Source: Octopus sinensis (taxonomy: Eukaryota). Taken from it: a stretch of DNA of 64,000 bases. The notes beneath the pieces are model-generated. The model ran no database searches and was not told the DNA's origin. It saw nothing but the letters and a program-made list of their open reading frames with translations. Made by a program: the position numbers and the translations under genes. The DNA is taken from contig NC_042997.1 in the NCBI RefSeq assembly GCF_006345805.1, positions 47,058,001 to 47,122,000 of the forward strand. Direction: 5' to 3'. Below, piece by piece: positions 14,409-27,893 of this stretch (its first letter is position 1; each line of letters opens with the position of its first letter).

Positions 14409-15480
14409 CTAATGTCGTTCAAATACCAGACTAATACAGGCGTTCCCTGTTTCTTCTTGACACTTTTCTTTATGCACAGTGTAGTAATTCGCATTCGTCT
14501 TGGTAGAGTAGTAATTGTCATTCGTCTTGGTAGAGTAGTAATTCGCATTCGTCTTGGTAGAGTAGTAATTCACATTCGTCTTGGTAGAGTAGTAATTCGC
14601 ATTCATCTTGGTAGAGTAGTAATTCGCATTCGTCTTGGTAGAGTAGTAATTTGCATTCGTCTTGGTAGAGTAGTAATTTGCATTCATCTTGGTAGAGTAG
14701 TAATTCGCATTCGTCTTGGTAGAGTAGTAATTCGCATTCGTCTTGGTAGAGTAGTAATTTGCATTCATCTTGGTAGAGTAGTAATTTGCATTCGTCTTGG
14801 TAGAGTAGTAATTCGCATTCGTCTTGGTAGAGTAGTAATTTGCATTCATCTTGGTGGCTGTGTCAGCAAAATCCAACAAGATTATGCTGTTATAATCCAG
14901 AAAAGAAATAAACCAGATATGAAAGTATCGCTGAATTCCTTGATTTGAAAATCCTTATTGGTTTCTTCTTCGAAAATGTCCACTCACTGCATGCGATTTG
15001 TTGTCTTCCAGAGGATACAGAAAACTTGAGTTTCTTCTCGAGTTTTAATATTTGATAAAAAATAAATAAAACCCACTGTATCGCTGCCAAACCTATATAT
15101 TACTAGTACAACAGTTCAAAAGCTGTTTCATTATTCCACGAATTGAAGAAATAGGTAATAACATTGAAGATAACTTCTTTCTACAAAGTTTCTTGAGAAT
15201 ATTGAGATCTGTGACAGCACTGATACTGACTACTTTTCAAGTAATTTGATACCAATTTGTGTCACTTCTATCACCTGAACAATCGTTGACAATTTCCTGA
15301 ATTTTTAATAGAGGCGAAAAATTCTATTTATTATTTGACGTGTTTAGTGACAGAGTGTTGTAAGCGCCACTCCGGTCATTTTCGAGGTTACTATATCGTT
15401 TTCTTCATCTCGACGTCTAGAAGCAGAAAATGTTGGGAGGAAGAACTGGTGAGGCTTGCAATAAAATCGAAAACCCAGCT
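14409..15480 (-). mobile_element. Decayed mariner transposase
   Basis: Minus-strand pieces read ENDRSGA..KIQEIV..ISAVTDLNILKKLCRKKLSS (HTH region) and WFISFLDYNSIILLDFADTATKMNANYYS, matching the mariner xFWDxxGIILIDFLxxGxTINxxYY motif. Confidence 0.65.
14481..14855. repeat. 27-bp minisatellite, ~14 copies
   Basis: Unit GTAGTAATTCGCATTCGTCTTGGTAGA, encoding (T/M)NANYYSTK on the minus strand. Confidence 0.97.
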
Positions 15481-17689
15481 AAAAAAAATTGTACCCTGAC
15501 ACTATTAACACAACACTCAGTCACCCGAACTCGGACCAGAGAGTTTAATAACACACCATTGTAGGCACACACGCTCAACAAATAACTTTGGTGTGGTCCC
15601 TGTATTGTTTTTCGAGGTGCTATGGCTCATTTTCTTCGTTGCCATCGTAACGATAATGGGCTATTATCTTACTATCTTGTCTTACTCGTCCCTTAAGGAT
15701 ACTTACCTTGGTATATTAAAACACAAACAATACTTTTGGGGTGGGATCTCTGTATGTTTTTCTCTTGGTATTATGGCTAAAATATGCAATGCGATACACT
15801 GTTTTGTAGTACCGGTATATTCTACAAAATGAGAAAGACGCAGTAATTGGTTCATCTTTCATGCATAAATCTATAAGTTCACTTAGATGGAATAATTCAC
15901 GGTCATTTCAAGACCAAACCCAGCTTCCTAACTTCATTTCTTGCCGAGATATCGCATTCTGAAAGTCGCCAGTTTTGCGTTTTTCTTGGTTCTTAAGTTG
16001 TAGCGCTCAGGACAGTCGGTTTCTAAACGTCTCAATTATGGAATGTGTTACTAGCCTTCTATCTTCAAACTAAACATTTTACCGGTATATCAGTTCTCCA
16101 CTCTGTACTTTGTGTGCTTAAATTATTTAAAATAATTTTGCTCGTTTTTTTTTCCTGTTCTTTTTTTTTTTTTGGTTTCAGTAATGAATATTAAATAATT
16201 CTGTATTCTACGTTGTCCGTTCAAAACTTAAAAAACGTCAATTTGAAATAAACATTTAGTGATGAATGAAATCAATATTAAAAATATATGTTATTTTTAT
16301 CCTTACAAATACTGTCAGGTTATTATTCCAACTACAAATTTATAGAGGAATTCAGTGAATTTATTTGTTTGAAGAGTGAAAGAATTTGTCATGCTGAGTA
16401 CCTACCCACTTCCGAATAAGAGAATATATAAAAATTCTACGTAATTTAAACTCAAAATCACGAATAAAGTGCTGAATGATTCAAAAGAGTAGAGGCAGGA
16501 GAACATTTAGGGCGAGGGGAAGAGAATCCGGTAAATGTTTATGCGAGTAATGTGATAGTTCATGGTGAAGATGGAAGAATGAGTGATAGAGATGGAAGTC
16601 AAAGTTTGAAATAAAATCCACGGTAGATGAAACGTGGTTGAAATGGTTACGATGAAGTAACATGAGACGGAAGATAAAGGGGATCGCAACGAGAAAAAGA
16701 AAAGGTGGCAAAAAAGGGGACACACTCATGAACACATACATACACACGCGCACACACACGCGCGCACACACACACAGATACACACACAAATACACATACA
16801 CACACACACACACACTATATAGCATTCACTATCGCTCATTAGCACAGGCGTGAACACAAGAAAAGAACAAGTAAAATTTGTTGAGGAACCGAAATCAGAA
16901 AGGAGTGGACGAAAATATGAAAACTTTAAAGGCAGTAAATTGTTGCCGGAATTGTGGCAGGAGAAGAGTGAAGATTGGAAGAATGCGAGCAATAAATGGA
17001 ACAATAAACAAGTACAATTCAAATTGAAGCACTGTACATATGCCACTGTATCGATAGATATATGGGGAGTGTGTACGTTGCCGACAGGAAAAGCACCAAC
17101 GGAATATGAATTCATTCATACACATATCAAAACTCATATGCAACAGAAAACAGTGGAATACATGACATACAACATCAAACTATTGTTAAAAAGGGAGTAA
17201 ATAAAATGGACTTGTTGATCGAATTCAAAATAGACAGATCAGGTGTGCATTGAATTCAAACATAAAGATTTTTCATTTTTTTGTTGGTTTCATTTGAGCC
17301 AAAGTCTGTCAGTAGAACAAAGAAATGAATGATCATGTTAAAATGTTGGTCTCTAGCAATGTTGAGTCACTGGGTGGTCAGTTCGTGCATTTGACGAGCA
17401 TCTATTGCGCATAAACGAGGTTTTAATCGTTATAGATAAGCACTGACACAGGAACGGCATGTTGGACATTTTTGGTTGGTCATAGCACTTCACATTTAGC
17501 GTTAGAATTTATCAGAGGGAAATTATTCCTCCGGCTTCAGTTCCATAAAAGCTCCTTCTTTAAATATAAAATAAAGTACATGCATATATATTTTTATGCG
17601 TTTGTGTGTGTGTGTGTGTGTGTTTGTGTGTGTGCGTATCTGTGTGTATGTATATATACATACACATGCATATACGTGTGTGTGTGTAC

Positions 17690-17741
<52 letters not shown>

Positions 17742-17743
<2 letters not shown>

Positions 17744-17858
17744 CGTAGGCTCGAAACGTTAAAGACTTGTTTTATTTATATTTCCTGAGCGCCATACTAA
17801 TACAATTGTTCGTTTGTTTTCCACCTGCCTTCGTCTTTTGTTTATTTTCATAAAGCTT

Positions 17859-17904
<46 letters not shown>

Positions 17905-18085
17905 GGAGAATTCAGAAAAACGAGAAAAGACGAAGCTAGGTGATGTAGACAACAAACAGATGTATTAGTTTAACGCTCGGGAAGTGAAAAAGTCTTTAAC
18001 ATTTCGAGCCTACGCTCTTCCACAGAAAAGAACACAGAAAGAAACAAGGAGGGAAAATAAAGAATGTTTAGTGGTTAGCGATCCA
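17742..18085. mobile_element. Two diverged Penelope pLTR-like short elements tail-to-tail around (TA)n
   Basis: A + copy at 17742-17861 and a - copy from 17902 both carry GAGCGTAGGCTCGAAA(C/T)GTTAAAGACTT, which resembles hammerhead stem II plus GAAAC. Related copies lie near 4445 and 10190. Confidence 0.55.
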
Positions 18086-19319
18086 TCATAGCGAATGCCG
18101 GACAGAGGGGTTACACAGAAGAGCTAGGAAGAAGTAGTAGTGATCCCAAAACGAAGGTGCACGTGCATGAGTATAACAGAGTGCACGTGGAAGAGGGCTG
18201 TTGACCTTGACGTGTACGTGTGTATGTGTAGGTGTGTGGATGTGTGGCTGGGAAGTGGTCAATGCTAGTGTGTGCGTGGTGGTGTGATATGATGTAGTGT
18301 TGTGTGGTAATGTGGTGTATGGTGTATTGGTGTGTGGGTGGTGTGATGGTATTGGGAGGTGGGGAGACGAGAGTGGGGAAAGCAAGGGTGGGGTGTGGGT
18401 TAGGCTGAGGGTGGGGGTAGAGGTGTGGTACGTGGGATGGGGTGGGGTAGGGTTGGATGGATAGGGAAGGTCGGATTGAATTGAATCACTGAATGGATGC
18501 AAAAATTTAGCGACAACTGTTAGTAATTTTGAATGAAGAATGTAAAGATTTCTAGAAATTAGGTAATACTTGTGGAAATCAATTAAATGCTTACAGAAAT
18601 GACAATCTTATGTCTTTTTCGAGACAAGTTCAACAATGGGTATATGTTTCACACTGTTAGATTTTAACAGTATAGTACAGTCTAAGTCAGCTCACTTTTT
18701 CTCGGTTGGAGAATGTATAAACTCGGTTGGGCAAAAACTGTAAAAGGGAGCAGCTAATAATTTCTAACATCATTCGCAATATACTCAACGAAAACAAGCT
18801 ATACATCAAAAGTTGCGTATTTGCAATTCATTTGTAAAGAATTTTTAATTTGTTGAAATTAAAGTAAACTCAAGTTATCGAATGGTTTCTGAAAGTTTCG
18901 CTCATATACTGGCATTTTAAACAATTTTATTCGTGCATTAGAACAGGATTGAAGGCTTAATTTTAATCTGTGTATGCGTATACGAACAGAGATGCGTATA
19001 AGCCTGCCAGCTGGCATTCCTCTATCATGAAAATTCGCCAAATGTGTACCCAAGCGGAAATTGACAAAATGCTACCAAAGTAAAAGAGCGATTAAATAAA
19101 GCTATCACTGCAGGGAAAAGCTTTTACCCGTATCACATCTATCTAAAGAAGGCTGCTTGACATGAAACAGAATATTATTTCAAGGCAATATTATGTATCT
19201 ACCATATTACAATAAGTATTCTCTGTACATAACGTATGGAGTACTCACAAATTATTGATAATACGTAGGTACGAGTACTTACATGCATCCACATATATAC
19301 AGACACACACACGCACGCA

Positions 19320-19385
<66 letters not shown>

Positions 19386-19523
19386 ATATATATATATATA
19401 TGTAAAAAAATACAAACTGGGACAAGAACGCAAAACATTTAGAAGACGATACAAAAAACACTTCAATCTTCAGTCAAGAACCGGATCATCCTCGCAATTT
19501 CGGCTGATTGATCTTGAGATTGC

Positions 19524-19597
<74 letters not shown>

Positions 19598-20200
19598 ATG
19601 TATATATGTAACGTGTGTGCGTGTGTGAGAGTGTATATGTGTGCGTAAGCGTGTATGTGTGTGCGTCTGCGCGTCTGCGTGCGTGTATGTATGTGTGTGT
19701 GTGTTCTAAGTCTAAGAATAGCATATACTGTGAAGCATTGCTTTCATGAACCTTCAAATGCGACTTCAGTTGAAATTCCCGATAATGTCCCTGTAATATT
19801 AGCCTGTATTATAATGGTACCAATCTACATTATCATATCACACTTGATAGGTAATTCATTTGTTTTATATCTCAACCAAATTTAGTACAGTTGCAGTGAA
19901 TATATTTCTGAGTGCTTTTCTACCAGCTCAATAATGATTTTCACAAACCAATGACTTGCTATTAGTACTTTTACTCAGAGTTGTTTAAATATTAGGATCC
20001 ACATATTATCAAAACATCAGATAACATCCGTTCCTGTTTTTGTTTTCCGTTGTTTGTTTTTTTTACCTTTTAAACTAATCCAGTAGTTCTGATAATTCCT
20101 GGTAGATACGTTGTAGTGAAATCAAACCACATTTGTAGATATAGCAAATGAAATTTTCTGCGTATGTGTGTGTGTGAATAATTGTAGGTTTTTCTGCTAA

Positions 20201-20595
20201 TCTTTATATATAAAAGTGAGGTTGTATGGTGTCTGTCTCCTACGATTTAGATTCCTAACTACTCCCACATTTTGCGGTGCAGTTTAACCAAAACCGGGTA
20301 TCGTATAGTCGTGATTCATATCGAGCCCTTCTGGGTATTAGCGTGCGTCTACGATGAGTCTACGATTTAAAAAAAATTTACGATCAATTTTTCTCATTTT
20401 AATGCATTTTTGGCATATATAAGGGAACTAACTCTCTAAAAACGTATTATTAAATCTCAGAACGTAAAAAGCTACAGTAACCCCCCCCCATTTGTGGTTA
20501 GCCATATTGAGATGGCTATTATACATTACATCTCTAGAAATGCTTATATAGGTATTTCCCTTACAAACCCGAGCAACGCCGGGCGATACTGCTAG
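20201..20595 (+). mobile_element. Non-autonomous Helitron (395 bp)
   Basis: Begins TC after A (20200), has a 3' hairpin CCCGAGC-AAC-GCCGGG (20568-20583), ends CTAG before T, and has no TSD. Confidence 0.85.
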
Positions 20596-20827
20596 TATTT
20601 TATAAGCCTACTTCCTAGAAGAAAAGAGCTGATTTCTGAGAAATAAGGCTGTATCGATGGGAATTGTATAACAGTAACAAGTATTACATGTCGAACTTTA
20701 GATAAAACATTTTCAGTGGGCCCCTTACGATAAGTGTAAGAGTACAAAATGCTTAACAGCCTGTGTATTTCTTTGGCTGGAAAAATACTAGCTTTTCCAG
20801 ATTCTCACTTAAACATATACTAACTTA

Positions 20828-20990
20828 GGCGCAGGAGTGGCTGTGTGGTAAGTAGCTTGCTAACCAACCACATGATTCCGGGTTCAGTCCCACTGCGTGG
20901 CATCTTGGGCAAGTGTATTCTGCTATAGCCCCGGGACGACCAGTGCCTTGTGAGTGCATTTGGTAGACGGAAACTGAAAGAAGCCCGTCG

Positions 20991-21044
<54 letters not shown>

Positions 21045-21262
21045 GGTGTGTGTGTGTTTGTGTGTCTGTGTTTGTCCCCCTAGCATTGCTTGACAACCGA
21101 TGCTGGTGTGTTTATGTCCCCGTTACTTAGCGGTTCGGCAAAAGAGACCGATAGAATAAATACTGGGCTTACAAAAGAATAAGTCCCGGGGTCGAGTTGC
21201 TCGACTAAAGGCGGTGCTCCAGCATGGCCGCAGTCAAATGACTGAAACAGGTAAAAGAGTAA
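20828..21262 (+). mobile_element. tRNA-derived SINE, family A
   Basis: Full-length homologue of 13869-14320. Confidence 0.92.
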
Positions 21263-21399
21263 CGTAGCCAAATTGCACCAATATTTATGAGTATGGGTGT
21301 AAATTATAAATAACAAGCGGAACGGCAGTTTTCGAAGCACTTGTCCATAAATATTTCTTGCTTGTTTTGTATGAGACACCCACATCCTCAGGGAAGCTG

Positions 21400-21950
21400 A
21401 CTTCTGAGACTATAACGAAATTTCTTCTTACGCTCAGATAACTACATTAGGTTTGTTGTTTACACTTGGTAGAAATTTTGATGGAAATTTTCCACCAGCA
21501 TTCCTTGTGTTGTGTATCCATTAGCAGAGATGTTGATTGAATTTATCACTGGCCACTCTTTTGTACGGATAGCATTGTGTATTGTTTTAGCAATATCATG
21601 TTACAGTTGAATGTTGTACCTTGATGACATTTCTGCGCATCTGATGACTACACAACTTATATTCGCCACAGAAAACTGACATTATCGACATTTACGCTGA
21701 ATCTTGACACAGCTTCATTGTATCATTTGTTCGCTAGGTATGTTGTGGATATTTCTTGCTGTTGGATTTCAACAGTATAACCTTCACGATGTGATGCGAT
21801 GTATCATTCATGAGTCCAAGAGCGTTTACACTTCATTTTAATATTATTATTCTCAAGTGTGCGTGATACAAACCCATGCATAATGTTTTTGCGGAATTCA
21901 GACTGTTACTCTTTCCATTCTTTACTGAGCTAAACTAGTCCTGTACTTCT
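21400..21950 (-). mobile_element. Old R4/Dong-type (RLE) LINE C-terminal fragment
   Basis: The minus strand reads YIASHREGYTVEIQQQEISTTYL ... RCAEMSSRYNIQL*HDIAKTIHNAIR, the CCHC/RHD region. Same family as 32640-33300. Confidence 0.6.
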
Positions 21951-24469
21951 GGGTTGACATTGAGTGACTGCTTCTTGAGAAGTTTACTGTATATACATGT
22001 ATGTATATAAATATAAAAACTTGTGTGTATGCATGAATGCAAGTATTTAACAAGTAGAGCTTGTTAGCGTATTTATTTTAACTGAGATTGGCAGTTTCAC
22101 AAATTTCACGTGATATTTCCATGCCTACAAACACATACATAAATATATAGATACATCTGCGGACACTACACCCGCAGTATAACTTCAGATTTATGCCAAT
22201 GATTATTGAGGACTTATTTGTGTGACTAAATGCTTTGGTAACATTTACAAGACGTCGGCTTTTACCAGAGAAGAAAGTACGGGACTTATTAAAATATTAT
22301 AATCACAGAATTTTTTAATGGAAATGTAAACTCAATTAGAAACATCCAAAGTGTACATAGGTGTGTATATACATACAAGCATATGTATATGCACATACGG
22401 ATAAGTCAAATCATACAAATTCACTGGGACAATTGTATGAATACATACGAATGTACAGGTAAGTGTATGTTTACAGATGAAACGTGATTGCATACGTACA
22501 TATACACCTACATAATACACTGACCCCCACAAAAAAAAAAATGAAATGGTAAGTTAAGTCATGTAAAATGTACGGTGAAGAGTTGGCATTACATATAAAG
22601 ATAATGACAAAAACTGCTTTTTTTTACAATTTCAAATAATGATTAACATGAATGTGTGTTCATGAAGGTAGAATTGTGTGACTTATTTCTCACACGAAAT
22701 ACATTAGACTGATTAATTTAATTAATTTATTTGATCATTTTATTTAGTAATGATATTTATAACATTTATAGCTAACCATTATATTTAATAAAAGGTGTTT
22801 GATTATTTTATCCTACTCGATGCAAAATTCAGTGTTGAATGTAAAACAATAATTGGCTCCGCAAGCATTCCAAAATATATTTGATCGAGGAAGAAGTAAT
22901 CCGTTTGACAGTCTAAACGGTTATAGTCTTGAATGAACTGCAATCCATTGCGTCGCGTATTTACTGTACTAAATACGGAAAATCATCCAATTTAAGATCG
23001 ATATGTCTATATACAATTCTGAAGAATACGATAAGGTATGCTTCAATTTAACGACTATTAAGTGTAACGTAATTCTTTTGTGACAAATGATCAAACGATC
23101 ATGTATTTTATTTAAAGAATTCCACAAGTAAATTGTCTTTAGCTAGATTCGATCTTTCTCAAAATAAAGAAACCAAACATATTCCAATATACGACTAAAT
23201 GCATTAAAAGAGTTTATGAAGTCTTTATCTTAAATTATAAATGATCAAAACTGACAATTCATTCATATAACGGCTATCTTAGTTTTATTAATGTTGTGTA
23301 CCAAAAACTGTGATAGTTACTCATAAATACATCTAGATTCATACCTACAATATCACACGTTGTCTTTGTATTGTTATTTTCAAAGCATAGTATATGATAC
23401 ATATAAATAGATAAGGCTAGCTGCAGTGTAGTCGTCAAACAATATAAACTAATTATATTAGCGACACGATCAAACTTGTCACTATACTTCTTAGAAGTAA
23501 ACGATAATTTTATTAGACCTATTTTATTATTTTGGACAAATACATGAAATTAAATTACATTTTTGCGATAAGCCTTTATTAATCATAATGTTTTGAGTTC
23601 TATTGAGAAGAAAAGATTTAAGCCAATCACCCAATTTACAGATAAAAAAAACACTAAAAGATGAATGGAATTTTTTGTGAGATACAGTATGATAGTCTTT
23701 TACAAAATCTAGGTAGTCGACATTTAAGTCTCGTCCATCAATAGATTTACTTTAGTTGTTGATACATAGCAATAATTGAGATAATGTTGATTTGATTTAT
23801 ATTTTAAAAAACAACGTTGTTCTGCAAAATAACATTTTACATTTTAGAAATCGTTTGAAATTTCCTTAATTAGAATTTTCACAACCTTACATAAAATAAA
23901 ATCAAGTTAATAAGCCGATAATTTTCTACCTCAAGCATTGATGACTTTGTATGCATTAGAACTTCTAGACTGAGTTCAGGCAGCAAGTTAATTCTCTCTG
24001 ATTAAAACCAAACTTAAACATAAGTGGTAAAAAGATAAGCCAATTCATAGGCTAAGCTTCTTTAAAACTTTGCTAGAATATTATCAGGTTGAAAAGAAAA
24101 TTTATAAAGTAGAATTGACAAAATCAAATGTAATGATTTATCGGTGGCTTTTTACTGTTATCAGTCATACTAATATAATCACTTACTAAAATCTTCTTCT
24201 TTATCTGTATTGGTTGTTGCTATTTCAGCCAACATATTCAATACTGGTATTTTTGTTTTGGAATTTATTTAATTATTTGTGACATATACGTCAAACGACA
24301 ATCTGGTCCTTTACATAGTTCGCTCCCAAATTTTTAAAGATCATCTCTTAATTCAAGGGTTTCTAAATTTATCATGAGGTAAATTTACTCAGAACCTGGA
24401 GTAAAGTTACTCAAAGAAGGTGAATTTACTGAGTCTGGTTTTGTACGTATTTCATTTCAGGCGTGGATA

Positions 24470-24506
24470 GGCGCAAGCGTGGTTGTGTGGTAAGAAGCTT
24501 GCTTCC
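24470..24506 (+). mobile_element. 5' head of an older SINE-A, split by the Tx1-like insertion
   Basis: GGCGCAAGCGTGGTTGTGTGGTAAGAAGCTTGCTTCC; the SINE resumes at 27329. Confidence 0.8.
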
Positions 24507-27328
24507 GTTTCCGGTGTTGGACGTGCTTTTTGCTTGTCTGTAAGTCGGACGTTTTGTTGATTGTTGAATTTATTCATTATCGGATGTGTTAACCGTCTGC
24601 CATTGTTGTGGATTGTTGTTGGACTTTGAAAGTCTCTGTGCTGTTTCTCGGTGCCCGGAAGCGGAAATTGCATTTTTTTGTAAAGCCATTTTGGCAATTG
24701 TTAGTTGTTGCTTGTTTGAGGATTGAACTCGTAAAGGCCGTTGTGGGCTTTATTGTTGCACCCCCCCCCCCAGTGGGGATGGGATTTAAACTGTTGGAAA
24801 AAAAAAACTATTATAGGTTTCCCTTTTTAGGGAATTTTAAAATTATTTTTTCGTGTGAAGAATTAATTTCGGCCGAGTATGTCGGTCGAAATAATTCATG
24901 AAGAAAGTAAACTGGAGGAGCCAGTGAAAAAGGTTTCGGCAGTTGCCGCAGTGGCAATTGAAAATGTCACATTACTGAAAGAGAACGAATGAAGGAGGAA
25001 GGATGGGATATGAAGATATCACCCTCCTCCAATGTCGAAGAATTAAAACGGCGGACAGTCGTTTTTAAAACGTACTGTCCGTCAACCAAAAAGTTTAAAC
25101 ACTTTGAACAGTGCAAAATCGAAAAATGTCCGGCCCCCATATGGAAAGAGCTAAAATACATAGCGAAGGGCCGGACATATGCCACGATAGAAGCAAGATT
25201 CGAAAACGAAGAAAAGGCGCAAGAGCACTCGGCGAGCCCACTGAAAACGAGGAAAGTGGTGCTTCTGCCAACCTATATGAGGAGGCGAACTGCCCGCATA
25301 AAGGTGGCAGAAGTACCACCTGAAATCGAAGCTTGGAAAGTAATGGCTGCCCTGTTGTACAACAGGACAGACAAAATAAAATTTTTGCAGATTACATGCA
25401 CTGCCCCCAAAATTGGCTCGAGCAGAGCATTTCAACAATCATCCAGGTGGCTCAGGAACACATCGAAATGCTTCCAGACCGAGTGCTTTTGGGTGAAGAT
25501 ACAGTGTTAAGAATCCACGCGGAAAGAAAGAAACCAAAATGTTACGAATGTGGTAAAAAAAGGCCACATTCGTGTAAACTGTGAGCAATGGCTCAAGAAA
25601 GTGACGCATACACCAGGCCCTGCAACTATTCAAAAAGACCCCAAACTCGCACACACATTAACCCCCACAGAAACAAAAATTCCCACTCCCCTACCTGTGG
25701 TGCCCGCCCCCAAACATGATACTCCCAAAACCAAGCCAAGCAAACACAGGCCCAGACAACACCAAATACACCCACCCTTCTAAAGTGATACCAGAACGCA
25801 TAACTCCCCCAGAGGTCACCATGGAGGTGGTCGTGGGGGAGTTCATGGTAGTTCGGAAACGAACTCACGAACCTTCCCCATCCACATCCCCCACAAAAGA
25901 GAAAAAAGCAGCACCTCACCGCAAACAATAAAAAAGGCCCAATCCCATTGCCCTAAGAACAGAACGGGAAAAAGACACCAAAATTTTGGTAGAATATAAT
26001 AACAACGATCGATATGTAGATCATATTATAATAGGACACCACACTACTGAACCTTTCCCACAATACAGGGATTTAAACGAGAGATGCGCCTGGATAGATG
26101 ATACACTATACAGGGAAGTGAAGGAGAGGCATCCAAAGACTATCAGTAGGATTTTGGACCTGCCCAGCTATTTGAAGAAGAAGGAGAAGGAAGGGGCTGC
26201 CTCACATGTTGTGAAGTTAGCCCCAACATCACCAGTTAACGGTAAATAGAGTCCTTGATATATTTCCCATTGTTTTAATAGCTGCACTTAAACTTGGATG
26301 TTTGAATGTGCTTTGTCTGAGCTCGAAGTGGAAGAAAGCCTGTTTCCTCGAGGACCTCAGATCACACGATAAGCATGTGATAGTTGCTACATCCTGAATG
26401 GCTATGAGAAAACCATGTGTCCTAGCCTGACTGGAGGTCGAGGTGGGTAGTTGTAATGATCCGAAAAGGCTTGGCTCTGTAGACAAGTACAGTTTATGTA
26501 GATCTAGAAGGTGGGCTGGTCTTCCTTGATGTGACATATAGCAGTAAGGCTTTCAGGTTGATCGGTATCTATGCACCTTGTGCTAGAAGATTTCAAACTC
26601 ATTTTTATCGGCACCTAGAGAACTTTCTCGTGATGCCGAAGACATTAGTGGTGTTAGGAGACTTTAACGCTATCGTTGACGCACGCATTGATAGCGTTAG
26701 CCGCGATGCTCTGCCTGAGCCAGTTTCGGTTTGGAGCAGAGCGTGTCACTTGCAGGATTTGTACTTTTTCCTCTCTAATGAATAACAGGGCGGCCATCAC
26801 CCATACGGCATCAAATTCCGGTGGTACTTCCGTCACCTTGACACGGGACGTCCGCTGCCCCGTATAGGTCAGCAGATGCACCCCTTCCTTCGATTTTTAA
26901 GGGCTTACAGACTGCTCGCGTGCCTTCTCTACAGTCCTAAACCTGGCTTCTACTGTGCCAAATTTTCTCCCTCTTGTAACATAAATGATGTCATTCCAAA
27001 TAGGAGCAACTCAATTTTCAATTTTGTTCTGGTCAATATGTACCATCTTATTTTCGTCTGAGCAAAACGTTTTAAAAACAATGGTTCTGTTTTCATTTTT
27101 TGGATGCCTTTCCTTCAGTTATACACATTGCAAAATTTGCAATTAAAAATGATTATCACGTTTAATTTTTAAATTAAAAAATATATATATAATTTTTAAC
27201 CGCATGACGTTTGTATATCATCATCCGAAACATTTTCATTCGTGGTAAAACAATTTCTTCGTCCTCTATGTTTGTCCTCCGTGTTTGTCCCATCTGTGTA
27301 ATGCTTTGATAGCCAATTTTATGAAATA
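24507..27328 (+). mobile_element. Tx1/L1-type LINE, internally rearranged (5'UTR, ORF1 with CCHC knuckle, APE endonuclease, RT missing), flanked by a 14-bp TSD
   Basis: ORF1 pieces 24989-25510, 25333-25584 and 25550-25783 join to give KCYECGKKGHIRVNC (CX2CX4HX4C). APE motifs LGCLNV, FRLIGIYAP and LVVLGDFNAIVD lie at 26280-26700. AAGAAGCTTGCTTC occurs at 24492-24505 and 27329-27342. Confidence 0.85.
26697..27130 (-). mobile_element. Inverted ORF1 fragment of a sister Tx1-like family
   Basis: The minus strand reads RTIVFKTFC..APIWNDIIYVTRGRKFGTVEARF..HLLTYTGQRTSRVKVTEVPPEFDAVWVMAALL..NWLRQS. It aligns with ORF1 at 24989-25450 (RTVVFKTYC..APIWKELKYIAKGRTYATIEARF..RTARIKVAEVPPEIEAWKVMAALL). Confidence 0.85.
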
Positions 27329-27750
<422 letters not shown>

Positions 27751-27893
27751 GCAAAAGATAAAAGATAATTTTTTTTTCTTAGATCCGAAGTTCAGAAAAA
27801 AATTTAAATAGGCCTAATTTGCATAAAAATTATACTTGTATCATTATTGTGTTTCTGATGGAGAAGTCTCATACAGAAGACTATATATTATTT

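Noticed and set aside
14481-14855. 27-bp repeat array as a possible CRISPR
   Set aside because: The units are contiguous with no unique spacers, there are no cas genes, and the context is eukaryotic.
16850-17200. 116-aa ORF (NTRKEQVKFVEEPKS...) with a possible acceptor at ~16847
   Set aside because: No recognisable domain, a non-ATG start, and a length compatible with chance in purine-rich sequence.
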